64,000 bases of DNA from Sanchytrium tribonematis (Eukaryota), in NCBI GenBank assembly GCA_018985235.1, contig JADGIG010000008.1:1-64000 (forward strand), read 5' to 3'. A program made the translations under genes and the position numbers. Each line of letters begins with the position of its first letter. Position 1 is the first letter of the stretch. This document shows positions 43,733 to 54,284 of the stretch, piece by piece. The notes under the pieces are model-generated. The model saw nothing but the letters and a program-made list of their open reading frames with translations, was not told the origin of the DNA and made no database searches.

Positions 43733-44962
43733 TTACTGTTCTATCGAATTTAATTTTTTTCGCTCTTCTCGATACTTTCTTCTTCCATTATTACCAATTA
43801 TCTTATTGTTGGTCGTAGTAAAATTTGTACTCTCTTCAGGATCATTTTTAATTTGAACAGCTTTGTTCCAGACCTCAACTTTAGCTGGTTTACTTTTCTC
43901 ATTCGGTTCATCAACTGAAGAGTCTTCGGACAACGTCATATCAAAATCCTTGGCTTCAACAACTTCCTGTTGCTCAAATGAAAATTTGACCAGCTTAGGA
44001 GGTACTGAAAATTTTCCGATTTCCATCTGCCATTTTGATTTAATGTTAATTGGATATTCAACTAAAGCAACCTCTCGAATGATGTTATTTTCCGACGCCT
44101 TTAAAATTTGGACAGGAACTTTATCATATCCCAGAATCAAAAGCTTGGTAATATCAGTGCTTTTTGAAACAGTAATTTTGGTTTGCCTTAAGAATTCAAT
44201 ACATTCAGAGATAGTAGAAATTTCAGAAAAATTGTATTCGCTATTCCGTTTTAATATTAAAGGCGGTTCCCTGCATATACTCAGTGAAATTACTGCTCTT
44301 ACAAAAAATATCAGTCTAGAAATATCGTTTCTCTCGCCTTGAATAAAATGTTTTAAATTTTTAAACAAGGACAAAGTAGAAATTTCATTTCGTTTCTTGT
44401 GCAATAATCTTGAAAATAATTCGTCGGAATGCCACTTTGGAGGTTTGATTTGAGGAGTTGATAAAGTAAGAAATATATAAAATACTGAGAACACATCACT
44501 TGCAGCATATCTGCAGGCAAACGAGGAAAGTGCATCTGTGGTCCATGATTTAAACTTTTGATGATTGAAACCAGACTTTTTACGGTATTTGGCTAATCCA
44601 TCTTTAAGAATGTCATTTGAAGCTACTTCTAGTTTTTTGCTGAAACCGTGGGCAGCTGATAAGTCTTGAACGTTTACAACATTTTGCAAATGGACACGTA
44701 TTTTTTCAAATTCCAATCTGTCATTATCTCCCCAAACCAGCTTTGTGGTTTCTGAGCTTGTTAGTACTGTATACAAACAATGGGGAATACCATCGAATTT
44801 CCAAATTGGTATTAATAGTGCATGAGAGGCATTTCCTAACTGCATTAGTTCAATAAGGCCATTTTGGGTACCTTCTACATCCAAGGCAATATATCTATCA
44901 TCCTTTAAAAATACTAAGTTATTTTCAATTTCATTTTCAGTAAAACAATACAATATTTTCAT
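43733..44962 (-). CDS. DEDDy 3'-5' exonuclease domain protein
   Basis: IALDVEG, LMQLG, KLVWGDND and RYAASDV (Exo I/II/III). Confidence 0.75.
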   Translation of the reverse strand: MKILYCFTENEIENNLVFLKDDRYIALDVEGTQNGLIELMQLGNASHALLIPIWKFDGIPHCLYTVLTSSETTKLVWGDNDRLEFEKIRVHLQNVVNVQDLSAAHGFSKKLEVASNDILKDGLAKYRKKSGFNHQKFKSWTTDALSSFACRYAASDVFSVFYIFLTLSTPQIKPPKWHSDELFSRLLHKKRNEISTLSLFKNLKHFIQGERNDISRLIFFVRAVISLSICREPPLILKRNSEYNFSEISTISECIEFLRQTKITVSKSTDITKLLILGYDKVPVQILKASENNIIREVALVEYPINIKSKWQMEIGKFSVPPKLVKFSFEQQEVVEAKDFDMTLSEDSSVDEPNEKSKPAKVEVWNKAVQIKNDPEESTNFTTTNNKIIGNNGRRKYREERKKLNSIEQ

Positions 44963-45114
44963 TAGTTTCAGAATTGATTATAAAATTTTAAAATATTACC
45001 ACCATAATCCATGGAGCTTCGAATAATTACATAAATTTCTAAAAATTGCACTGGCGATTGGTTTTTTGCAGGAGTTTTTGCCGATGCCAACTTGAAACGT
45101 AAATTTTGTAACCA

Positions 45115-45738
45115 ATGATTTCTAATAACAATTACGGTAGAGTAACAACGGAATGGGAAGACGCTTTGGTAAATCATGGAATTTTAGAAAGAAAAGAAGA
45201 GGTTCAATCAGAGGAAGAAATTACAACAGAAGATCCGTATGCTGGGCTAGAAAAGGACGATATCGATATTTTACTTGAAGAATGTGGAGAACAAGAAGAG
45301 CAGATATTACAAAAGCTCAAACAAGAAAGAATTAAGGAAATGACGGCAAAATTAAATATTAAATTTGGAAGTGTCCACCACATCTCTCAGACTGAATACA
45401 AGGAAGAAGTCACAATTGCTAGTAAAACTGACATTGTCGTAGTTCTGTTGTTCGATGGTTCAGAAGACTCTCAGATTCTAAATAGATTTCTTGATCGTGC
45501 CTCTGCGGAATTCGGTAATGTCAAATTTTGTGCTATTCCAGGTAAGACTGCAATCGCAAATTATCCAGCCAAAAATATTCCCACCATTCTAGTTTATGAC
45601 AACGAATATCCGGTTTCTCAATTAATTAGAGTTGTCCCTGGTTTGAAAACTAACAACTATTCTGAATTTGCTAATTACCTTAAAGTTTATGCATCAATTA
45701 AAAGTTTAACTAAAAAGGATTCAGAAGAAAATGAGTAA
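45115..45738 (+). CDS. PLP2: Phosducin-like protein 2/3
   Basis: TEWEDALVNHGIL, KFGSVHHIS, VKFC, NYPAKNIPTILVY. Confidence 0.9.
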   Translation: MISNNNYGRVTTEWEDALVNHGILERKEEVQSEEEITTEDPYAGLEKDDIDILLEECGEQEEQILQKLKQERIKEMTAKLNIKFGSVHHISQTEYKEEVTIASKTDIVVVLLFDGSEDSQILNRFLDRASAEFGNVKFCAIPGKTAIANYPAKNIPTILVYDNEYPVSQLIRVVPGLKTNNYSEFANYLKVYASIKSLTKKDSEENE

Positions 45739-45784
45739 TTTTTCTATTAATAAATTTTGTTTAAGAATTTTTTTGAAACTTTCA

Positions 45785-46693
45785 ATGAACAACAATAGAT
45801 TGAGGACTTTTGTTGTCTTAAGAAATTTGAAAATATTTATATCCTCGAAATACTTTGGACGAATAGTTTTTGTGGTCAGTCTCGTCCTGGTCGCTAAAAA
45901 ATTTAAGCCTGCGATATACAATTTTATTAATACAAAGATAATCAATCCTATTGTACTACTTGGATACCCAGCTTTTTACAAGGATGTCAATGAATCTCTT
46001 GAAAAAAGTAAACCAGAATTTGTTGATCTAGTCCCAAATGCCATGAGAACTTCATTTCGAAAAATATTGGGAATTGCTGATTCTGGTAACACTGGCAATC
46101 AGTTGTGGTGGGATAGAATGATGAGTAATATTTTGTCCAATCTAGATCAGTACGTCATACAAATTGAAGATCAGCTCAAGGATGAGGTCAGTAAAACATT
46201 GAACGACTCCAAAGAGAATATCACCCAAGCCGTAATACGCGGGGCACAAAGTTATTTGCATTTAAACATTGACCATGTCAATGCCATTAATTATGTACAC
46301 TGTGCAACATGGAAGGAATGGATCAGAATAACTGCTGAGGATTTACTACAAGCTATTTTGATTGAAGTAAACCTGGAAATTCACGAGCAAACATTGAGAA
46401 TAATAAGCGAGATGAAGATGAAATTACCATCTTGGTTACCGCAACAATTTACTTCGATTCTTCCCGGTGAGCTTGTTTCCCCTCCAGCATATATTCCAAA
46501 TAACATAATTGAACGGATTTGGAAATGGATTCAGGAACTTGAAGTTTCAATATTAAAGCAAATCCATGAGCTAATAGAAAACGAAGTTGATGGGACGGAG
46601 AAAAGACTTTGCCAAATTACTGAAAAAAGACTCCGCGAATCGATGCAATTAAAATTAGGATTTACCGGGATCAATATGTTACAGCCACTGTAG
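45785..46693 (+). CDS. Hypothetical membrane-anchored helical protein
   Basis: Long ORF with an N-terminal hydrophobic stretch; start uncertain (45731 or 45785). Confidence 0.55.
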   Translation: MNNNRLRTFVVLRNLKIFISSKYFGRIVFVVSLVLVAKKFKPAIYNFINTKIINPIVLLGYPAFYKDVNESLEKSKPEFVDLVPNAMRTSFRKILGIADSGNTGNQLWWDRMMSNILSNLDQYVIQIEDQLKDEVSKTLNDSKENITQAVIRGAQSYLHLNIDHVNAINYVHCATWKEWIRITAEDLLQAILIEVNLEIHEQTLRIISEMKMKLPSWLPQQFTSILPGELVSPPAYIPNNIIERIWKWIQELEVSILKQIHELIENEVDGTEKRLCQITEKRLRESMQLKLGFTGINMLQPL

Positions 46694-46757
46694 TGCCAAT
46701 TTTCTTACAACTATCGTTTTGGATAGAATTCCAGTCTCAAAATAAATATACAAAGTG

Positions 46758-49700
46758 ATGAGTAAACTCCCCTTGTGTCTCACAATGGATGATGTTGAAT
46801 CTTTTAAACGAATTTCTCCATCACAAAGAGGCTACATAATCTGCGCAACTGCACTTATTCCTGTTGCAATTTTGTTTCCGAAACAGAACTTATATACAGC
46901 TTTGTCGGGTGTGACAGGCTTAATCATAATTCTTGCTACCGTTCTAGGGTCAATTTGGTCGATTCATTTTAAAAAGTTTATGTGGTATCAAGATGACAAT
47001 AATGGCAAATTTTGCTTTATGCAACCCAGGCTACATCGCGGACAAGCAGATATCGTCCAAATTCAAGATCAAATTTTGGAATTTCAAAAGATGAAATTTA
47101 GGTTTGACAATGGCAAATTACAGCGTATAGTTCCTCGGCTAGAATTTTCTGTGGATGAACTGGTTAGCCACAAAGGTATCACTGACGCTAGCAATTTGAT
47201 TGAAAAATTTGGCGAAAATCATTTTCAAATTCCCGTCCCGACCTTCATTGAATTGTTTAAAGATCATTTGGTGAAGCCTTTTTTTCTATTTCAAATATTT
47301 TGCGTTACCCTTTGGATGTTTGACGAAATGTGGTATTATTCACTTTTTACTTTAGTTATGCTATTTGTTTTCGAGGCGACGGTTGTCATGCAAAGACTAC
47401 GCACATTAAATGAATTCCATCAAATGCAACACCCACCTTTTGATGTTTTTTGCTATAGAAGCAAAAAATGGACTAAAGTATCCACTAGAAAATTAGTTCC
47501 AGGAGATGTTATATCCATCGGCACTTCCCAAGATATCAAGGTAGAACAACAGGCTAGTATTCGTAACCCAGTCAAACAAGTTGTTACAATTGAAACATTA
47601 GTTCCTTGTGATGCCATTCTTTTAAAGCATTCTTGTGTAGTTAACGAAGCTATTTTAAGTGGGGAATCGACTCCTGTTTTAAAGGAATCAATATTGATTA
47701 GAAATGGACAAGATCTTATCAACAACAATTCGAAATTGCACATGATATACGGTGGTACGCAGGTATTGCAAATTTCGGAACAAACTGGCGACTTCAACAC
47801 TGGTTTTAATATACCGAATGCACCTGACAATGGCGTTGTAGCGCAAGTTTTGGTAACTGGATTTAACACCACTCAGGGTGAATTAGTTAGAACAATGGTT
47901 TTTTCAAGTGAACCTGTTTCTGCGAATTCAAAAGAGGCATTTGTTTTCATTTTATTTCTATTGATTTTCGCGATCACAGCCGCGCTTTATGTTTGGCATG
48001 TAGGAAGTCAAGAACCCACAAGGGATAAGTGGAAGCTTTTTTTGAATTGTGTGATGATTGTTACTAGTTGTGTACCCCCTGAACTTCCTATGGAACTGTC
48101 GTTGGCCGTCAACACTTCATTAATGAGTTTGGCTAGACTCGCCATATTTAGTACCGAACCTTTCAGAATACCATTTGCAGGGAGAGTCGACGTTTGCTGC
48201 TTCGATAAAACCGGAACCTTGACCGAGGAAAAATTGCAAGTGGAAGGAATAGTTATCGAGGATAATCTTGTAACTAAAACAAGCGAAATTGACGATTCGA
48301 CCAAAATAGCCCTTTCAACAGCTCATTCGTTGGTTAAATTAGAAGAAAAGAACGAGATCGTGGGCGATTCGATGGAAAAAGCTGTTCAAGAATGGCTTGG
48401 ATTCGATCTTGACAAAGATTTTATTAAATGCTCGGACAGAATTCAAGTTTTAAGAAGATTCCCGTTCTCTTCAGCTTTGGCAAGAATGGCTACTTTTTGC
48501 AGACAAAGTGATGGCGCCTACTTGACAAGTGTAAAAGGTGCACCTGAAAGACTTCGTGAACTTTTTGTTGATATTCCGGAAAATTATGATGATGTTTTTC
48601 AAACTTATGCGCAACAAGGTGGCAGAGTGATTGCAATAGGATTCAAAAAAGAGTATCGAAAATTCAGCTCCAAAGAAATCAAAGATTTGGAGCTTTCAAC
48701 CATAGAAAAGGGTCTTACATTCTGCGGGTTTTTGGTATTAAAATCGCCCTTAAAAAAAGATGCTCTTGAAACAATCATTGAACTTAAGCAATCTTCTCAC
48801 CATGTCGTTATGATTACAGGAGACAACTCTTTGACAGCTTGCCATGTGGCGAAACAACTTCAAATCTGTGACAAGAGTATTGTCTTAATAACCGAAAGAG
48901 GTGGAAAATTAATAATAGAGGATGAAGACAAAAAACTGTACAATGATTTTAGTGACATTAACAGATATAAGCATAACATATGTGTTACTGGCAAAGGCTT
49001 CGACTTAGTGCTAAAGTCTTCAATTGCGGAAGATTCCACATGGATTGCCAAAGTTGATGTTTGGGCCAGAGTCAGTCCAGATCAAAAAGAATTTATAATC
49101 ACACAGCTAAAAGAGCTAGGACTTTTTACACTAATGGCAGGAGATGGCACCAATGATGTGGGAGCATTAAAACAAGCTCATGTTGGTGTTGCTTTACTTA
49201 ATGGAACAGAGGAGGATCTTGACAAAATCAACAAAATTGCTAGAATTCAGAGATTGAAGCAAGTTTGGGAGAAACAGTCAGAAATTGCGAAGCGATTTGG
49301 TCAACCTAGTCCTCCGCAACCTCCTGAACTTAAGAGATATCTTGAAGAAAAAAATGAGAAAAATGTAAGCAAAACTCTCGCCAATCGGGAAAAACCCACA
49401 ACGGTGGAAGAAAAACGCCAACACGCAATGCAAAATATGCTTGCATCTCTAGAAAGTGTTGACGATGATGAAGTGCCTGTGTTGAAATTTGGAGATGCTT
49501 CTATTGCAGCACCGTTCACAAGCAAACTATCTCAGGTTAAAGCAATTGCTCACATTATAAGGCAAGGTAGATGTACACTGGTAACAACTATTCAGATGTA
49601 TAAAATTTTAGCTCTTAATTGTCTCATATCGGCCTACTCTATGTCAGTTCTTTATCTACAAGGAATTAAATGGGGAGATTGGCAAATGACAATTCAAGGT

Positions 49701-50283
49701 ATTTTACTAAGCATTTGCTTCCTTTGCATCAGTAAAGGTAAGCCTTTAGATAAGCTGTCCAGAGAAAGACCCCAAGGAAATATCTTTAATTGGTATGTAT
49801 TATTAAGTGTGTTAGGACAAACTTTAATTCATGGAATCTGCTTTTATCAAGTTACTGCACAGGTACATGCAATTGAAGGGGAGCTTGAATTCGATTTTGA
49901 AAATAAGAAAAAATTTGAACCCTCTCTGCTCAATACTTGTATATATCTTCTTTCAATGTCAATGCAAGTCAGCACATTCTGGGTTAATTACATAGGTCGT
50001 CCATTTCGAGAAGATATTAGAGAAAACTCGTTACTGTATAGAGGGCTGTTAGCTGGAATTGGTGTAGCTTTTGCTGGAGTTTTAGAAATATTTTCAGACT
50101 TTAATAATTTCTTGCAACTAGTTCCTCTCTTTGATGTAATTTTGATTCATTTAGCTGAAAAATTATCTGGGTGCTGTAATGTTGTTTGATTTTTTTGGTT
50201 CTTTCATTTGGGAAAAGTTGTGTTTTAAATTCTTTTCTGATTCTGGTAGAAACAAGATTAACGAGTTTTTAGATTTGGAATAA
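46758..50283 (+). CDS. SPF1: P5A-type ATPase Spf1/ATP13A1; one intron
   Basis: LSGES, VPPELPMELS, CFDKTGTLT, MAGDGTNDVG, GDASIAAPFTSK; splicing supplies the last TM helix. Confidence 0.96.
50136..50154 (+). other. 19-nt intron GTAATTTTGATTCATTTAG
   Basis: Gives the final TM helix (LGAVMLFDFFGSFIWEKLC). Confidence 0.9.
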
Positions 50284-50293
50284 ATTTTTCATC

Positions 50294-50431
50294 ATGAAAC
50301 GATGGCATGATTTTAAAGAAACGTACGAGTTGATAACATCAAAATCCCAAGTGGAGGCCAGAAAAAAGTTCCAATTTCATACTGAGGTTGACTTGACAAC
50401 ATTTATTGATTCTTTAAATAAACCTGAATAA
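50294..50431 (+). CDS. Unlisted 45-aa small ORF
   Basis: MKRWHDFKETYELITSKSQVEARKKFQFHTEVDLTTFIDSLNKPE* fills the gap, leaving 10 and 12 nt flanks. Confidence 0.5.
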   Translation: MKRWHDFKETYELITSKSQVEARKKFQFHTEVDLTTFIDSLNKPE

Positions 50432-50443
50432 TTTATTAAAAAT

Positions 50444-53026
50444 TTAGCCATTACGGTTGTGAAAGCTTAAAACGGAATTTGATTCTGAGTGTAATCTTGA
50501 CCTACCTGCGTACGAAGCTTGTGATGAATTTGATCCATGGAGACTATTGGAAGAAATCATATGTCCGGGCCCAGATGATGCTTGAGGTGATCTGCTTTGA
50601 TATTGCGAAGTTTGGTGATTTTGCTGTTGCAATAAATAGGAGCTTTGTAGACTTGATGAAGATCCCATCTGCCTCGGACCAGAAGAAGGTTGTAGTACTC
50701 TACTTTGGTAAGGTGGAACTGGGTAATTTTGCTGTTGAAACGGTATTGGTCCTGGTTGGGCTCTTCCTTGATTTGTTGGATTTTGATAATTTGGTTGCCG
50801 CAATGACTGCGAACTTCCATAATGCTGCTCTTTATATTTCTGCATTAGGGGGAAATCTTCTGATACCGTATTTGCGCCATTAAATGTCGTTGTTGACTGA
50901 GACCAATCATTCGCCGCCATTCCGATAGTTCCTTTTAAATAAGGCAGCAACAATGGTTGCATTTTCGGATCGAGCATCGCGGCCTCCGGCTCGCTAAAAT
51001 ATAATGGATGTAGAATTTGAAACTTTTCTTCTTCACGGGCCTCGTCTTTTGGAATCTTAAATTTTCGCTTTAAAGTTCTTTTTTGAATCAAAAAGCCTAT
51101 AAAAGTAGCAATAAACAAACTCATTAGAAGGTAACTTTGAATATTAGCATCGTAAACTCTGAAAAGCAAAATCAAAATTGCTTGACTAAATAACAAAGCT
51201 GCATATATTCTGTTAAATACTAGGGGCCAAAAACTGCCAGCTGTATCGCTATCGGAGCTGAAGACATAAATGACTTGATATTTGTAAACAACATAAGAAA
51301 TTCCAAAGAAGAACAATCCGAATACCAAAATAATAGGATGTATAGTAGCATATGCAATAGCTAGAAAAAACATAAAAAGATTACTTGTCAGAACGACGTC
51401 ATGTCTAAATTTTGGGGGCTTCAACAATTCTTTGTATTCTCTTGCAGTTGGATTTGACCATCGCATTTTGATTTTTAACATTATAAAAGGTAAAAATCTG
51501 GCGAGATCGATGGGGATGGAGCCCGGTCCATTCAAAGTTAACCAGTTGATCCAATAAATTCCCTTGTTCGCAACATTATAAGCAATGCTGATTGTGAACT
51601 TATTAAAAGTCTCGTACGCAGCTTGAGCTGAGGTTACAGTTTTAAACTGAGTCAAAGACCAGATTGACCCACTCAACGTGAATAATAAATAATATCCAAT
51701 TATGAAAAATGAAAATAACTTTCTCATCGTTGCTTTTTGGATTTCTGTGTTGGTTGGTTCAGCTTGTAAATTTGCAATAAAATAAAAGATGTCTGGAATG
51801 AAGATCAATAGTAATTTCAAAAGTAGCGGTGTCAAGACACTTTGAATAAATGCCGCAAATTTCGGATAATCTGAAACTAATGTTGCTATAAAAGGCAAGT
51901 AGCCACTTAGGACATGGAGGTCCGTAAGAGGAGCGAGAAAAATAATTGGAATCATCCAAAAACATACTAAACCTAGTGTCAATAGTCTACCTATAAGTCT
52001 TCTTGACTTTATCTCGGCAGGCACCATTTTGACATTATTCCACACAATATCGTTTACATCAACTGCATGGTATGGAGTCCATTCACTACTTCTAAGAATA
52101 CTTTTAGAGCTTGCTTCATAAGCATCCTCAGGATCTCTAAATATTCCAAATCCCGAAGGCAAGTATTGGATACTTGTAAGTCCTTTTTGCTGCTGATCAA
52201 AGATCGTTTGCTTCAGATTAGTTAAATCGTCAATCATACGTATTGCCACGTCTGGATTGTCTGGATTTTCGTGGCAGAACTTCTCTAACTTGCTCAAATT
52301 CGCATTATACTTTGCAAATAGTTTAACTAGCTCAGATGGGTCAGAAAGTAATATACCAGTACATTGAATGTTATGCTTTTTGTAAACGTGCCTATCAATG
52401 ACAAATGGCTTATTTTTGTTTGAAATCCCAGTATAGAAAACTAACTTTGAGGTGTTGTAAAAGTTTGTCACATATCTTTGTCTAACTGTTATGTAATAGT
52501 GCCACATATTGACGGTAAAGTAGAATACAAGACCTGTTATGAAATACATTATTGCAGTATGTGCATAGAGGTAATCAGGACTCCCGACTAATGTAAGAAG
52601 TGAAATATTGTTTAAATCCGCATTAACACCAACCCTTTTTCCTGAAAGATGAATAGGAATGAGCACGATTAAACATACAGGTGTCAAAATCAAGAACAAT
52701 TTGAGAAACATTCGCAAGACTTTGATTGTTAAAAGCCCATCCACCCCAGATGTATTAACAATAATATCATCATCTAATCTGATGAGTTCATAAATCCATT
52801 TAAATGTAAAAGACAACTTTGGCGGATGCTTTTCTTCTTTTAAAACGTAGTAATTAGGTTGATAAATCTTCTTATTCTTCGGTCGCAATAATGTAAATGC
52901 CAATATGGCTGCTATTCCGGTTATACTAGCAAAAAGGAATTGAATGAACACACCAAACAAATCATTTGCTTGACTGTTAGAATCCTGTAAAGAATTCAAA
53001 GTGTCGTCAATATTTTGACTAGACAT
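50444..53026 (-). CDS. CSC1/OSCA/TMEM63 family channel (Rsn1/Phm7-like)
   Basis: LRPKNKKIYQP, GVDGLL..., DIVWNN, VYKYQVIYV, TAGSFWP..FNR. Confidence 0.92.
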   Translation of the reverse strand: MSSQNIDDTLNSLQDSNSQANDLFGVFIQFLFASITGIAAILAFTLLRPKNKKIYQPNYYVLKEEKHPPKLSFTFKWIYELIRLDDDIIVNTSGVDGLLTIKVLRMFLKLFLILTPVCLIVLIPIHLSGKRVGVNADLNNISLLTLVGSPDYLYAHTAIMYFITGLVFYFTVNMWHYYITVRQRYVTNFYNTSKLVFYTGISNKNKPFVIDRHVYKKHNIQCTGILLSDPSELVKLFAKYNANLSKLEKFCHENPDNPDVAIRMIDDLTNLKQTIFDQQQKGLTSIQYLPSGFGIFRDPEDAYEASSKSILRSSEWTPYHAVDVNDIVWNNVKMVPAEIKSRRLIGRLLTLGLVCFWMIPIIFLAPLTDLHVLSGYLPFIATLVSDYPKFAAFIQSVLTPLLLKLLLIFIPDIFYFIANLQAEPTNTEIQKATMRKLFSFFIIGYYLLFTLSGSIWSLTQFKTVTSAQAAYETFNKFTISIAYNVANKGIYWINWLTLNGPGSIPIDLARFLPFIMLKIKMRWSNPTAREYKELLKPPKFRHDVVLTSNLFMFFLAIAYATIHPIILVFGLFFFGISYVVYKYQVIYVFSSDSDTAGSFWPLVFNRIYAALLFSQAILILLFRVYDANIQSYLLMSLFIATFIGFLIQKRTLKRKFKIPKDEAREEEKFQILHPLYFSEPEAAMLDPKMQPLLLPYLKGTIGMAANDWSQSTTTFNGANTVSEDFPLMQKYKEQHYGSSQSLRQPNYQNPTNQGRAQPGPIPFQQQNYPVPPYQSRVLQPSSGPRQMGSSSSLQSSYLLQQQNHQTSQYQSRSPQASSGPGHMISSNSLHGSNSSQASYAGRSRLHSESNSVLSFHNRNG
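50535..50710 (-). repeat. Imperfect 108-nt (36-aa period) internal duplication in the CSC1-like tail
   Basis: YQSRVLQPSSGPRQMGSSSSLQ versus YQSRSPQASSGPGHMISSNSLH. Confidence 0.6.
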
Positions 53027-53201
53027 GTGTTTGAGGGGTTGGAAATGAAGGTCACTAGATCCTTTTTTGCCAGGATTGAAACACGACGATCAATTCTCAT
53101 GAGATGTACGTTACGCATCCATTAACGATGTCTCAAATATTTCTGCTCTTTATCATTCATCACAATAACAAAAATAGCGGAGAAAATTAGTGTAACTTGA
53201 A

Positions 53202-54248
53202 ATGTTGTGTGACCACTGTCAACAATGTAGAGCGATTTTATTGCGACCAAAGACGCAGCAGAAAATATGCAAAGAATGTTTCTTTACTGTCTTTGAACTT
53301 GAAGTTCACCAAACTATTGTTGAGAATAATTTGTTTAAATCTGGCGAGAAAGTTGCAATCGGGGCCTCAGGAGGAAAAGATTCAGTAGTTCTAGCGTACA
53401 TTTTGAAACTTTTAAATGAAAGGTATAATTACGGGCTAGATTTGTATATGTTAAGCATAGATGAAGGGATTTCGGGATATAGAGATGATAGTTTGAAAGC
53501 TGTTGTTAGAAATCACAAACAATATCAAATTCCATTAAAAATATTAAGTTATGAGGAGCTTTATGGATGGACAATGGATAAAATTGTAGATAAAATTGGC
53601 CACTCGAATAATTGTTCATATTGTGGCGTTTTTCGTCGTCAGGCTCTCGACCGAGGCAGCTCGATGCTAGAAGTTGACCAGGTTGTTACAGGGCACAATG
53701 CTGATGATCTAGCCGAAACAATTCTGATGAATATTCTAAGAGGTGATATTAGTCGCTTAAGAAGATGCACAGCAATTAGTATTGAAATGGAAGGTTACGT
53801 AAAAAGATCAAAACCATTTAAGTATACTTACGAAAAGGAAATTGTTCTTTATGCGTATTTCAAGAAATTGGATTACTTTTCCACTGAATGTACACATTCA
53901 CCTGGCGCGTTTCGCGGAACTGCGAGGATCTATTTAAAAGAATTGGAAAAAATAAGACCTAGAGTTATTTTGGATATTATATCGAGTGGTGAGAAATTCC
54001 AAACACATGACAATAATCACCCTGCAGACCTCAAATCTTGCTCAAGATGTGGTTATATGTCTTCCCAAGACATCTGCAAGGCATGCATATTGCTAGAGGG
54101 GTTAAACAAAGGAATGCCAAAATTAGGCGTTTACAAAACTGATAAGATTCGCAAAAAGTATGATATTTCAGTAGATGACGAAAGTAATAATCTAGAAAAA
54201 TTTAGCAAGAATCAGAAAAGCAGGTCAAACAATTCACTTGATTTTTAA
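53202..54248 (+). CDS. NCS6: Cytoplasmic tRNA 2-thiolation protein 1
   Basis: [42 protein letters not shown]. Confidence 0.97.
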   Translation: MLCDHCQQCRAILLRPKTQQKICKECFFTVFELEVHQTIVENNLFKSGEKVAIGASGGKDSVVLAYILKLLNERYNYGLDLYMLSIDEGISGYRDDSLKAVVRNHKQYQIPLKILSYEELYGWTMDKIVDKIGHSNNCSYCGVFRRQALDRGSSMLEVDQVVTGHNADDLAETILMNILRGDISRLRRCTAISIEMEGYVKRSKPFKYTYEKEIVLYAYFKKLDYFSTECTHSPGAFRGTARIYLKELEKIRPRVILDIISSGEKFQTHDNNHPADLKSCSRCGYMSSQDICKACILLEGLNKGMPKLGVYKTDKIRKKYDISVDDESNNLEKFSKNQKSRSNNSLDF

Positions 54249-54284
54249 ATTTAAAATAGTTTCTTTGTTGTCAAACTTCAGATT

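Noticed and set aside
43863..44342. Antisense and alternative-frame ORFs in the track (also 8375..8740, 47453..47872, 50479..50883, 57480..57839)
   Set aside because: They are shadows of better-supported genes, often with non-ATG starts and no motifs.
53027..53201. 175-nt intergenic region examined for snRNA or tRNA
   Set aside because: No U2, U5 or U6 signature or tRNA A/B boxes; only short, weak inverted repeats.
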